From Candidatus Fermentithermobacillaceae bacterium (lineage in GTDB: Bacteria > Bacillota > Sulfobacillia > Fermentithermobacillales > DUSS01): 64,000 nucleotides of DNA. Positions within the stretch are counted from its first letter, which is position 1, and every line of letters starts with the position of its first letter. This document shows, in pieces, positions 29,955 through 41,080 of this stretch. The position numbers and the translations under genes are program-made. Location of the stretch: NCBI GenBank assembly GCA_012842495.1, contig DUSS01000009.1, positions 98,646 through 162,645 of the forward strand, given 5' to 3'. The notes under the pieces are model-generated. The model worked only from the letters and a program-made list of their open reading frames with translations. It had not been told where the DNA came from and did no database searches.

Positions 29955-31460
29955 ATGAACGGGTTCAAAACATTACTGATAGCCCTTTACAATTCGAAAG
30001 GCCTGGGGGTCCGGTACCTCTCTTCCGTTTTGAAGCAACGCGGCTACCAGTGTTCCCTTTTGTTTTTAAAAGGCTATCAACCGTACGACATGCGGAAACC
30101 CTCGGAGGTTGAGTATGCTCTGGTAGATCAGGTAGTTGCCCGGGAAAATCCGGATCTCATCGGAATCAGCTACATGTGCACCTTTCACCGGGAAGTAATG
30201 GTGGAACTCACCCGGCGCCTGAGAAAGCAAGGACACCGCGTGGTGTGGGGCGGAGCTGCCACAACCCTTTTTCCGGAAGAAGCTCTGGAATACGTCGATC
30301 TGGCCGTGAGGGGCGAAGCGGAAGAAGCTTTTCCAGAACTCGTTGAAGCTCTCGCCAACGGTAGAGACTATACCGGGATACCGAATGTCGCGTTTAAAAA
30401 GGACGGCCAAAAGATCATCAACGACATTCGGCCGCTGAACCGGGATCTGGATTCTATTCCTTTCCCCGACCTCGGTGGCGATGGCAAGTACTGGATAAAC
30501 AATGGAAAGCTCGCAGCGCGGGACCCGGAGCTCGACGGAATAGGTTACGAGATCATGGCTTCGCGCGGCTGTCCGTTCCGTTGTTCCTACTGCTCCAACG
30601 ATGTGATTCGAAGGATACACGCGGGCAAGGGGCCGTACGTCCGTCGCCGCAGCGTAGACAGCGTTATGCGGGAGCTCCTCATGGCCAAGGAGAAGATGCC
30701 CCGCTTAAAGATGGTTCACTTCTGGGACGATATATTCCCTACAAATCTCGAGTGGGTCACGGAGTTCGCGTCACGGTACAAGAGGGAAATAGGTCTCCCG
30801 TTCGAAATATGGCATCATCCACTCCTCGTCAAAGAGGAGATCATCCGCCCGCTAGTTGAGGCAGGACTGTCCAAAATCGTGGTGGGCATCCAGAGTGGGT
30901 CCCCATACACCAGGAACCAGATCTTCCTACGGCCCGAAAGCCAGGAGCAGATCATCGCGTGCAGCAAGGTCCTTTCGGATGCGGGGGTTCCCACGGTCAT
31001 TTACGACCTCATTTTGGACAACCCGTTTGAGACCGAGGAAAACCTCGCGGAGACTCTGGACCTCTGCTTGAAGCTTCACAGGCCGTTCTATCTCCAGCTT
31101 CACGGTCTCAGTTTCCTGCCCGGGACCAAAATCGAGGAGATGGCGCTGGAACGGGGACTTATTAGCCGGGAAAAGATGAGGGAGCTCCAGCTTAAACCCA
31201 TAAACGAGCAGTACAGGGCGATGTACTGGTGGGTGCACGGGACCGGCGTAAGACAAGACCCGATCCAAACCTACTGGAACTCCCTGATTTACTTCACCCA
31301 GTTCTCCGTGGCCGTGCCCTTCGTCAAATGGGCCAGGAAGAGTCAGTTCTTAAAGAGTCATCCCGGGGTTTTACAGGGTCTGCTCCGGCTCACCAATCTC
31401 GCGCTAATCGCCAGGAAAGCGTGGCGAAAGGTCAAGATAGCTCTGGGGGCGAGGGCGTAG
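29955..31460 (+). CDS. B12-binding domain radical SAM protein (class B rSAM), paralogous architecture to 17829..19184
   Basis: B12-binding N-domain (LIGISYMCTF...VVWGGAATT) followed by CPFRCSYC (CxxxCxxC). ATG at 29955 after a GGTGAG SD; the ORF is open from 29922. Confidence 0.8.
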   Translation: MNGFKTLLIALYNSKGLGVRYLSSVLKQRGYQCSLLFLKGYQPYDMRKPSEVEYALVDQVVARENPDLIGISYMCTFHREVMVELTRRLRKQGHRVVWGGAATTLFPEEALEYVDLAVRGEAEEAFPELVEALANGRDYTGIPNVAFKKDGQKIINDIRPLNRDLDSIPFPDLGGDGKYWINNGKLAARDPELDGIGYEIMASRGCPFRCSYCSNDVIRRIHAGKGPYVRRRSVDSVMRELLMAKEKMPRLKMVHFWDDIFPTNLEWVTEFASRYKREIGLPFEIWHHPLLVKEEIIRPLVEAGLSKIVVGIQSGSPYTRNQIFLRPESQEQIIACSKVLSDAGVPTVIYDLILDNPFETEENLAETLDLCLKLHRPFYLQLHGLSFLPGTKIEEMALERGLISREKMRELQLKPINEQYRAMYWWVHGTGVRQDPIQTYWNSLIYFTQFSVAVPFVKWARKSQFLKSHPGVLQGLLRLTNLALIARKAWRKVKIALGARA

Positions 31461-31527
31461 CATCGCCCTCACCCCATTCCACGCGGCTTCCCTATCTTTG
31501 CGGCTTTGGGCAAGAGGCACATGCAAC

Positions 31528-32919
<1,392 letters not shown>

Positions 32920-33235
32920 TCAAAAGCCCGGGCAGAAACGTTAACGTTAACATCGAAAAACCTTGGCCAGAGACTGGTACCAGTAGCCTGGACCAAAAAC
33001 TCTAGACAAGAGCTAATTTATCAGATCCCGGTCTCCAATCAAAATCGGTGGTGGGGGCAGCCGGTACCTGACTACTCATTCTGACAGTAGATCGATCCGG
33101 TGGACCCAGTTGACTGCATCAAAGCCGGCGTCAGCAGTGATAAAGAAGCTGTCCAACTCTTTACCCTGTCTACGAAAGCACCCGGGCAGCCCGCCGTGAC
33201 TGGACTGGTGCAGCATCCCGTGCTATTGTATTAGC

Positions 33236-33395
33236 CGGCGAGGGTCTTCGGGGCAAGGTGAAGCAGCGCAAGCTGCCAGTCCTGACCGGCGGTAAAGCCC
33301 GCGAGCCGCGTCCCGTTCTACAGTTGGACACGGTAGAGCTGGTGAGATTCCAGCGCCGACGGTAAAGTCCGGAAGGGAGAAGATCCTGCGGTAAC
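33236..33395 (+). ncRNA. FMN riboswitch (RFN element)
   Basis: UCUUCGGGGCAAGGUGAA...GACCGGCGGUAAAGCCCGCGAGC...GGUGAGAUUCCAG...GCCGACGGUAAAGUCCGGAAGGGAGAAGAUCC aligns with the conserved RFN segments (compare B. subtilis ribD leader GCCGACAGUGAAAGUCUGGAUGGGAGAAGGAU). Directly upstream of an ECF S-component gene. Confidence 0.8.
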
Positions 33396-33457
33396 GATAT
33401 TCCGCATCAGATATGACCCCGAGGATCCCCCTGAAACCATACCGAGGGGGAATCTTT

Positions 33458-34051
33458 ATGTACGCAACCAGGTTTAATTCTCCAACCAACCGGGTCGTTC
33501 TAACAGGCCTCATGGCTGCACTGGCGCTCCTGCTTGAACTCTTCGTGCACATCCCCATGTTCGCCGAATACCTCCTCTATTCGCCCGGTGACGTCCCGGT
33601 AATTGTCACGTCGGTAGTTCTCGGACCTGCCCCGGGTCTCATGGCTGCTTTCACCAAAGCGGCGCTCTTCGTGGTCCTTACCGGAAAGGGCGGGCCTTTG
33701 GGAGGACTCATGCATTTCGTAGCTTCGGGTGGAATGGTCCTCGTGTTGGGCCTTCTCGCTCGTAAAACAAAGGGCAAAAGCTGGGTGCTTGTCCCCGCCG
33801 CGATCCTGACAAGGGTGGCACTCATGGTCCCCATGAACCTGCTAATCACCCCCATATATACCGGACTGCCGGCATCAGTAATTGCACAAACACTGGTACC
33901 TGTGGTAATTCCGTTCAACACGGTACACGCCGGGATAAACACAGTTTTGTCTCTGATCGTCCTGAAGGTTTTTCTGGAGAACCCGCGCCGGCTAGCGCGG
34001 TTCCAGGTCGCACTCTCTGAAAAGGGATCCGGAACCGAGGCGCGGCACTGA
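33458..34051 (+). CDS. ribU: ECF-transporter substrate-specific (S) component, probable riboflavin transporter RibU
   Basis: ~198 aa, six hydrophobic helices; preceded by the FMN riboswitch and a GAGGGGG SD. Confidence 0.7.
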   Translation: MYATRFNSPTNRVVLTGLMAALALLLELFVHIPMFAEYLLYSPGDVPVIVTSVVLGPAPGLMAAFTKAALFVVLTGKGGPLGGLMHFVASGGMVLVLGLLARKTKGKSWVLVPAAILTRVALMVPMNLLITPIYTGLPASVIAQTLVPVVIPFNTVHAGINTVLSLIVLKVFLENPRRLARFQVALSEKGSGTEARH

Positions 34052-34242
34052 GTACGTAAGCAGGCTGAGCCCGCATCCACTGGGGCTGTTCCGGCTGAAT
34101 TGGGTCTCGGGGGTTCGGTATCCCCTGAGACCTCTTCGCTGGCGTATAAACACCCAAAAGCGTCGTTTACCCGGAACCGACCATCGCAGGCGCACCAGAG
34201 AACCCGAGAACGCCGGTGAATATTGCAGGATAAGCCGGGGAA

Positions 34243-34842
34243 TTGGCGAATACCCTCGTAAACTTCGCTTGTAGCCCGGGAGATGGTCCTGTTGGGGTGA
34301 CGGTTGGACTTGAAGTCATGCTAAGAGAGGGGCTTTTCAAGGACAGGTCGGTCGGGCTTCTCACCAACCACACCGGCCTGAACCGGGATCTCGTTTCCAA
34401 CGTCGACCTCATGCTCAACGCCGGATATCGTATAAAGGCCCTTTTCTCACCCTGGGTAGATGGGTATGCCCTGGCTTCGCGCCTGAAAGAGTTAAATCTC
34501 CCAGGTGTGCTCTTCCGTCCGGTGTATTTCCGCCCGGCTTTCGGCAAGTGGTCCGGCGAAGTGGCAGGCGGCGTAGCGATCCACGTAGTCAGCGCGAAAG
34601 AGGTGCGCCCGGTGGAACTTGGAGTCCAGATGCTGTTCGCTCTCAGAGATCTCTACCCCGAACACTTCCAGTTTCGCCCGCCGTCGGCCAACGGCACGTA
34701 CTTCTTCGATCTCCTGGCCGGCGGTCCGGACCTGAGAGAGTCGCTTCAAAACGGGGACCCTCCCGACAAGATACTGGGGGAATGGGATGGACACGCTCGG
34801 GCATTCGTTGAAAGGCGTCGTCGCTACCTTATCTACGATTGA
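34243..34842 (+). pseudogene. DUF1343 (NamZ/YbbC exo-beta-N-acetylmuramidase-like) remnant with internal in-frame deletion
   Basis: The 199-aa ORF joins the DUF1343 N-terminal motif (VGLLTNHTGLN...ALFSP) directly to the C-terminal region (LNLPGVLFRPVYFRPAFGKWSGE...LYPEHFQF). The ~200-aa catalytic middle part is missing. Confidence 0.5.
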
Positions 34843-34889
34843 TTCCCGCCCTTGATGCGGGGAGATCGAGTAGACGGGAGGTTTTCAAA

Positions 34890-36179
34890 GTGGGATTGGG
34901 CGGCGGACGTCTATTCCTCGGAGTCGACGGGGGCGGCACCAGCACCGAAGCATCCCTAGTACTATTTTGCGAAGATAACCTGCCCGGGCCGGGAACTGCT
35001 CCGCCGCTTTCCGCAGCCGGTGACGGAACGCGCGGGCGCAAGGAGCTGCCGGAAGGCGAAAGGCACCCTGAGAGCGTTTTGCCGCGGTTTCGGGTTGTCT
35101 CGACAGGGACCGGGGGACCGTCCAACTGCTATGCCGTACCACCTGATACAGTCTTTAATTCCATAAGGGAAGCTATCTCCGGGTGTTTGGAGAAGTACGT
35201 GAAGGAACAGTTGCGACCCCAACTGGAAGCGCGGCCCAGAGGCGACCCCTGCGTCCTCCATCAGCTTGGCTCTGGCAAAAGACACTTAGGGGAACCAACC
35301 CGAAACTTTGCCCGCACCAGCCACACGGTATACGGTCTTGACGCGGTCGAGATGACATGCCTGGCTCTGGCCGGCGCCGTAAGGCAGGAGGATCGCGACG
35401 GTCTCATAAATCTCCTCGAGCCCATCTTTCCGGAGGGGTCCCGCTTTTTCATCGTGGAAGATTCGCTGGCGGCTCTCGCCGCAGCTCACGAAGGAAAGGA
35501 CGGGATAGTGATAATCGCGGGCACGGGCTCGAACTGCCTCGGTACGTACAGAGGCAAGGTAACCAAAGCGGGAGGATGGGGATATCTCATCGGCGACGAG
35601 GGGAGCGCTTACGACATCTCAAGACGCGCTTTGAACGCAGTTTTCCGCGCCTATGACGGGCGAGGGCCCGAAACCACAATTACGTCGTTGATTCTTTCCC
35701 GCCTTTCTTCCTGGAAAGATCGACCTGGCGATGAATACTCTCCCCCGCACGAGAGTTGCGGCAGCGACGGGCGTTTTTCCCGCTGCCTCCCTCGACCGGG
35801 GTCCGCGAAACTGGGGCCTCCGGATATTCTCCGCCTCATCCACGAAATGTCCAGAAACGAGCTGGCATCCATGGCACCTCTGGTGATGCAAGCTGCAGAA
35901 GAAGGAGACGCCGTGGCCCGGTCCATACTGGTTTCCTGCGCCAGAAACCTCGTGGAGATGGCTGTGGCCGTCGCGGGAAAACTTGGTCTCAACCCGCCGG
36001 TGGTGGCGCTCGTCGGCGGTGCCCTGGGAAACCCATTATACGCAAGTTTCGTCGAGGAAGAGCTCTCCCGAGCTTTGCCTGGAGCAGCCCTGAGGAAACC
36101 CCGCCACCCTCCTTCGGTAGGTGCAGCCATTCTCGCATATATGCGGTGGAGTTCAGATCATAGCCTCTCAGAAAGATGA
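34890..36179 (+). CDS. BadF/BadG/BcrA/BcrD-type ATPase, N-acetylglucosamine/N-acetylmuramate kinase-like (MurK-like)
   Basis: LGVDGGGTST phosphate-1 motif, IAGTGSNC, LIGDEGSAY. Likely GTG at 34890 after a GGGAGG SD; the ORF is open from TTG at 34839. Contains a ~50-aa low-complexity insertion. Confidence 0.65.
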   Translation: MGLGGGRLFLGVDGGGTSTEASLVLFCEDNLPGPGTAPPLSAAGDGTRGRKELPEGERHPESVLPRFRVVSTGTGGPSNCYAVPPDTVFNSIREAISGCLEKYVKEQLRPQLEARPRGDPCVLHQLGSGKRHLGEPTRNFARTSHTVYGLDAVEMTCLALAGAVRQEDRDGLINLLEPIFPEGSRFFIVEDSLAALAAAHEGKDGIVIIAGTGSNCLGTYRGKVTKAGGWGYLIGDEGSAYDISRRALNAVFRAYDGRGPETTITSLILSRLSSWKDRPGDEYSPPHESCGSDGRFSRCLPRPGSAKLGPPDILRLIHEMSRNELASMAPLVMQAAEEGDAVARSILVSCARNLVEMAVAVAGKLGLNPPVVALVGGALGNPLYASFVEEELSRALPGAALRKPRHPPSVGAAILAYMRWSSDHSLSER

Positions 36180-36193
36180 AGGGAGTTCCGCAC

Positions 36194-38398
36194 ATGAGCG
36201 AGTGCCTTCCCAGAACTGAAAGGCAAAACCCACTTACTCGCGACATAGATACCTGGCCCGTCAGAAAAATCCTCGAGGTCATGAACGCCGAGGACCACCG
36301 GGTCGCCTCCGCAGTTGCGTTGGAAATCACCAGTATCGTTAAGGCGACGAAGATGGTGGCCGAAGCTGTCGCCGGCGGAAGACGCGTCCTGTACGTAGGG
36401 TCAGGAACCAGCGGCAGGCTCGGAGTTCTTGACGCAGCCGAATGGCAGCCCACGTTCGGAGTCGGGTCCGGAGTCATCGACGCCGTAATAGCCGGCGGCA
36501 CCGAAGCGTTGTGGAGAGCAGTCGAGGGCCAGGAGGACCGGGAGGACGCGGGTAGACAGGCCGTGAAGCAGAAAAACATCGGACGGGGAGACGTGGTTGT
36601 CGGTATCGCAGCCAGTGGTAGGACACCGTTTACCCTTGGGGCCTTGCAGGAAGCCAGATCCAGGGGCGCCTCCACCATAGCTATCGTGGGTGACCCTTCG
36701 GGGCCGCTGAGCTCCTTTGCCGATGTGGTCATATCTCCGGACGTAGGCCCCGAGGTGATCGCAGGTTCCACCAGACTAAAAAACGGCACCGCCCAAAAGA
36801 TGGTGCTCAACATGATCTCCACCGCCGCCATGATCCTCCTGGGACGTACCTATTCCAACTTGATGGCGGGAGCTTCAGCCACCAACGCTAAACTCTCGAG
36901 AAGAGCCAGGCTTATCTTGAGTGAGGCCACCGGCGCCCCCATGGAAAAAGTGGAAGAGGCGCTGGAAGATGCCGAGGGTGATGTCCCGGTGGCGTTGATC
37001 TCTCTCCTCACCGGAGCCACCGCCGAAGAAGCCAGAGGGAAATTGCGAGAATCCAAGGGTTCTATCAGACGAGCTATCGAGCTGGCAGGACAACGCCGCA
37101 CCCCTTCCCCTGGCACCGTCTCTACCCTGGGTGAACAAGCCGGAGCGGGTACGGGCAGCTTTACTCCTCGTGCGCTCTCGGGCAAAAGAGACGGCGCTGG
37201 CGACAACCGGCTTTTCTCCGAAAGCGCTGGGGGAACCGGCAGCATGGGGACAGGTGACCGGAGTTCCGTCCCTCACCTCGAATTCGCCCGCCCGGAAGAG
37301 GTGGGACTGGACCCGGTAGCTCTGGAGCGTGCTTTCGACGTGGTAAGGGACGCCGTGGGCAACGGCGAAGGAGAGATTCCGGGCGCCGTTTGCGCCGTGG
37401 TGCGCCAGGGCAAAGTAGTCGGGCCGCGGGCATTCGGGCTTGCGGTGAGAACTCCCGTGAGAATGCCGGTGACTCCGGCGACCGTTTTTGACCTGGCGTC
37501 CCTGACTAAGGTCGTGGCCACACTCCCATCCATATTGGTCCTCATGGAAATGGGAAAACTCAGGCTGGATGACAGGGTATCTTTGTTCTTGCCGGACTTC
37601 GGCGCCAATGGAAAGGAGTCCATCACCATAAGGCATCTCTTGACTCACACTTCGGGACTCCCCGCCCACGTGAAGTTCTACGAAATGGGCCTTGACCGGG
37701 CAGGGATCGTTCGCAAGATCTGCGAAATGGAAGCGTCATCCCCCGGTGAGCACGTGGTTTACAGCGACCTCGGGTTCATCATTTTGGGCGAGATAGTGGA
37801 AAGGATTACCGGGAAGCGCCTGGACGAGTTCGCCCGCGAGAACATCTGGCGGCCGCTGGGGATGAACGACACATGTTTCTTGCCTGGCGAGTCTTCCCGC
37901 CACCGGATAGCTGCCACCGAATATCGCACGGATCTCAAAAAACTCATGTGGGGCGAGGTCCACGATGAAAACGCTTACGCCATGGGGGGCATCGCAGGCC
38001 ACGCCGGCCTCTTCAGCACCATTACGGATCTGGCGAGATATGCTTTGATGTGGCTTGGGGAGGGCGAGTTCGGCCCTGTTCGAGTTTTGTCCCGGAACAC
38101 GGTCCGTTTGGCCACGAAAGAGCATGTCAACAAAGAAGACAGGCGCGGCCTGGGTTGGGCATTGAAGTCTCGGGCTTTTTCTTCAGGCGGAGACCTTCTT
38201 TCGGACGCGTCTTATGGGCACACCGGGTTCACAGGCACAAGCCTTTGGTGCGATCCGGAAACCCGAACGGGGATCATCCTTCTCACCAATAGAGTGCATG
38301 CAGGAAGAGACGGGACGGCCATCATCGAACTCAGACCGAGATTTGCCAACGCGGTAGCCGCCGCAATCGGCGTTCGAAACCGGAACAACCTCTCTTGA
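36194..38398 (+). CDS. murQ: N-acetylmuramic acid-6-phosphate etherase (MurQ, SIS domain) fused to a beta-lactamase-fold serine hydrolase (AmiE/YbbE-like)
   Basis: N-terminal ~300 aa is MurQ-like (DIDTWPV..., GSGTSGRLG, GSTRLKNGTAQK). A ~70-aa G/S/T-rich linker follows. The C-terminal ~370 aa has SxxK (SLTK), YSD and HTG motifs of class C beta-lactamase/PBP-fold hydrolases. Confidence 0.8.
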   Translation: MSECLPRTERQNPLTRDIDTWPVRKILEVMNAEDHRVASAVALEITSIVKATKMVAEAVAGGRRVLYVGSGTSGRLGVLDAAEWQPTFGVGSGVIDAVIAGGTEALWRAVEGQEDREDAGRQAVKQKNIGRGDVVVGIAASGRTPFTLGALQEARSRGASTIAIVGDPSGPLSSFADVVISPDVGPEVIAGSTRLKNGTAQKMVLNMISTAAMILLGRTYSNLMAGASATNAKLSRRARLILSEATGAPMEKVEEALEDAEGDVPVALISLLTGATAEEARGKLRESKGSIRRAIELAGQRRTPSPGTVSTLGEQAGAGTGSFTPRALSGKRDGAGDNRLFSESAGGTGSMGTGDRSSVPHLEFARPEEVGLDPVALERAFDVVRDAVGNGEGEIPGAVCAVVRQGKVVGPRAFGLAVRTPVRMPVTPATVFDLASLTKVVATLPSILVLMEMGKLRLDDRVSLFLPDFGANGKESITIRHLLTHTSGLPAHVKFYEMGLDRAGIVRKICEMEASSPGEHVVYSDLGFIILGEIVERITGKRLDEFARENIWRPLGMNDTCFLPGESSRHRIAATEYRTDLKKLMWGEVHDENAYAMGGIAGHAGLFSTITDLARYALMWLGEGEFGPVRVLSRNTVRLATKEHVNKEDRRGLGWALKSRAFSSGGDLLSDASYGHTGFTGTSLWCDPETRTGIILLTNRVHAGRDGTAIIELRPRFANAVAAAIGVRNRNNLS

Positions 38399-38410
38399 AA
38401 TAAGGAGGTC

Positions 38411-40123
38411 ATGAACTTGACAGTCTCATCTGACCTCAGAACCATGAAGGAACCCGGGACCGGTACGGATTCTTCGAAGGTCCCCGCAGGTCTTGATGCC
38501 AAAGTAGAGGCTCGCCTCCGCGGGATGAGCCTGGAAGACAAGGTTGGACAGGTGTTCATGTTCGGGTTTCCCGGGAAGGACCCGGAAAACGCCCGACCGC
38601 TCATAGAAGACCTCCGGGCGGGAGGCATCATCTACTTCGCTCGCAACACGGGACCTGTGGGCGAAGTGGCCGCACTTTCCGCGACTCTCCAGGAGATTGC
38701 CTTGAGGTCGGGACCGGGAATTCCCCTCTTTATCTCCGCCGACCAGGAAGGAGGGATCGTCTGCCGGCTGACGGAAGGTTTCCCCGTGATGCCCGGCCAC
38801 ATGGCGCTGGCGGCGGCCGGCGGCCCCGGGCTCGTCGAGAAAGTAGCGGAGGCAATCGGGACAGGTTTGAGAGCTGCTGGGATAAACATGAACCTCGCGC
38901 CGGTCCTGGACGTTAACGACAACCCCGACAACCCGGTCATCGGGATAAGGTCTTTCGGCTCAAGCCCGGAAAGGGTGGCGGAACTGGGTGCAGCGTACGC
39001 TCGGGGATTGCGCGAAAGCGGGGTCATACCCGTGGGCAAGCACTTTCCGGGTCATGGCAACACCTCTGTGGACTCCCATCTGAACCTGCCCGTCCTTCCT
39101 CATTCGTGGGATAGGCTCGAAAGGGTGGAGCTCTTCCCGTTCCGCAGGGTGATTTCCGGGGGTCTCGAGTGCATCATGTCAGCTCACGTGCTATTCGAAG
39201 CCCTCGACCCTGACCGTCCGGCAACCCTTTCGCCCAAAGTCCTCGTGGGCCTGCTGAGGGAAAAGATCGGGTTTTCCGGGCTTATCATGACCGACTGTCT
39301 TGAGATGGACGCCATATCCGAATATTATTCCGGAACGGTCAGAGGAGCCGTTGAAGCCTTTAAAGCTGGGGCGGATGTGCTCCTCATATCCCACACCTTT
39401 GAGATGCAAAAAGAAGCTTATATGGCCCTTTGCAGCGCGGTCAGAAGCGGGGAAGTACCCCAGTCGCGCCTGGACGAATCGGTCTCAAGGATACTGAAGC
39501 TCAAGTACCTTTTCTCAATTCCAAACCCGCTCGAGCCCGAAGCTTTCCCCTTGAACAATTGGGATGAATACCGGAATCTTTCCGCTCAGGCGCACCGTGA
39601 TTCGATAACAGTGGTGAAGGACGAACGCGGCGTCGTGCCCCTCAAACCCGGAGCCCGGATCCTCCTGGTGACTCCCGACGGTGCGCAAAGGTTACAGATG
39701 GAGGACCCGGCGAGACCGGGGACGACCGCGGGTACGCCGTTGGGTAACGCTCTCCGGTCCAAAGGCTTCGTGGTGAGGGAACGTACCTATTCCACCTGCG
39801 AGATCCCGGGAGCCGTTGACGAGCACTACATGATCGTCGTCACCGAGGGAGCCACCCGGAACCCGGCGCAAGCTGCCTTCGTTGGGAGAGTGCGTGGCCT
39901 TTCCCTGCAGAGCCCTGCCCCTGGAACGGTCTCCGGGTCGCGGGGGCAAGCTATCTCGGTCATTCTGGTGGCAGCTCGCGAGCCTTACGATATATCCCTG
40001 TTCCCCGAGGTGGGGACCTACATATGCACTTATGGTTCAAGACCCGAGTCGATGGAAGCGCTCAGCCAGATCTTGGCCGGAAAGTGCGTCGCGAGGGGTA
40101 AACTCCCCGTGGAACTGGAATGA
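38411..40123 (+). CDS. nagZ: GH3 beta-N-acetylhexosaminidase NagZ-like
   Basis: GH3 N-domain motifs (GQVFMFGFPG, SADQEGG, KHFPGHG) plus a C-terminal domain as in Bacillus NagZ/YbbD. Confidence 0.8.
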   Translation: MNLTVSSDLRTMKEPGTGTDSSKVPAGLDAKVEARLRGMSLEDKVGQVFMFGFPGKDPENARPLIEDLRAGGIIYFARNTGPVGEVAALSATLQEIALRSGPGIPLFISADQEGGIVCRLTEGFPVMPGHMALAAAGGPGLVEKVAEAIGTGLRAAGINMNLAPVLDVNDNPDNPVIGIRSFGSSPERVAELGAAYARGLRESGVIPVGKHFPGHGNTSVDSHLNLPVLPHSWDRLERVELFPFRRVISGGLECIMSAHVLFEALDPDRPATLSPKVLVGLLREKIGFSGLIMTDCLEMDAISEYYSGTVRGAVEAFKAGADVLLISHTFEMQKEAYMALCSAVRSGEVPQSRLDESVSRILKLKYLFSIPNPLEPEAFPLNNWDEYRNLSAQAHRDSITVVKDERGVVPLKPGARILLVTPDGAQRLQMEDPARPGTTAGTPLGNALRSKGFVVRERTYSTCEIPGAVDEHYMIVVTEGATRNPAQAAFVGRVRGLSLQSPAPGTVSGSRGQAISVILVAAREPYDISLFPEVGTYICTYGSRPESMEALSQILAGKCVARGKLPVELE

Positions 40124-40287
40124 CGTGCCCTCCGCAACGGGGGCGCGTTTTCCGGTGTGCATGGGGAAAATGTGTTTTTCGCCGCAGCACAGTGCAAAGG
40201 GAAGGCAACGGGAGCCAGCCAGCTGAGTTGGTGCGGCAGCTTGCCACGTACACCGTACGAATATATTCGCCGGGAGGGTTACCGTTT

Positions 40288-41079
40288 ATGTCATCCAACA
40301 GCTATGCCGAGGAAATTCAGCACCACCTGGTTTCCCGCCGCCGGGACGTGACCGTCCTCGCTCTGGAGGAAACGGACTCCACCAACGATGAGGCCCGCGA
40401 CCTGGCGGAAAAAGGTTTTCCCGAGGGTACACTGGTTGTGGCGAAGAGACAACGCCGGGGTAGAGGGCGCATGGGTCGGAGATGGACATCGCCCGAAGGC
40501 GGCGTATTCATGTCGATAGTACTGCGCCCACCGCGACATCTACCAGGCCTTTCAGCTCTTCCCCTCGTCGTGGGATACGGCGTAGCTAGGGCGCTTCGGG
40601 AGGAATATGACGTCCCCGCCATGATAAAATGGCCCAACGATGTCCTTGTTCGGGGAAGGAAAATCGCGGGGATCCTTTGCGAGTCAGCGCTCGGGCAGAC
40701 GAATTGCTGGGTCGTAGCGGGGATCGGCATTAACGCCACCATGACCAGTCAGGACTTTCCCCAAGAGATACAGGGCCTGGCTACATCGCTTTTCCTGGAA
40801 ACGGGAATTCCTGTCTCGATTCCCGCCCTTATAGCTTCAGTGCACGACCGCGTAATGCAATCTTATTCCGCTTTCCTTGACCGGGGGTTTGCCGCACTTT
40901 TGCCCACTATTTTGCAAATCTCGGCCTACGTCGGGGGAAGCGTGACCGTCAGCACTCCGGCAGGACCCCTTGTCGGAAAGATGCTGGGCATCGACCAGGA
41001 GGGTCTGCTCCTTTTGGAACTCCCCAACAACGACGTCCGGCGCATACCCGCTGGGGACGTGTCGCTGAGAAAAAGCTGA
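40288..41079 (+). CDS. birA: biotin—[acetyl-CoA-carboxylase] ligase (group I BirA, no HTH)
   Basis: RQRRGRGRMGRRWTSPEGG BPL motif; ATG at 40288 after a GGGAGGG SD; the ORF is open from 40120. Confidence 0.8.
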   Translation: MSSNSYAEEIQHHLVSRRRDVTVLALEETDSTNDEARDLAEKGFPEGTLVVAKRQRRGRGRMGRRWTSPEGGVFMSIVLRPPRHLPGLSALPLVVGYGVARALREEYDVPAMIKWPNDVLVRGRKIAGILCESALGQTNCWVVAGIGINATMTSQDFPQEIQGLATSLFLETGIPVSIPALIASVHDRVMQSYSAFLDRGFAALLPTILQISAYVGGSVTVSTPAGPLVGKMLGIDQEGLLLLELPNNDVRRIPAGDVSLRKS

Positions 41080-41080
41080 C

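Noticed and set aside
33236-33395. Initial impression of a cobalamin riboswitch upstream of the ECF S-component (because of GGUGAGAUUCC and GCCGACGGUAAAGUCC segments)
   Set aside because: Full comparison shows the FMN/RFN signature (UCUUCGGGGCAGGGUGAA…ACCGGCGGUAAAGCCCGCGAGC…GCCGAC-GUGAAAGUC-GGAUGGGAGAAGGAU). No B12 box (GCCACUG) is present.
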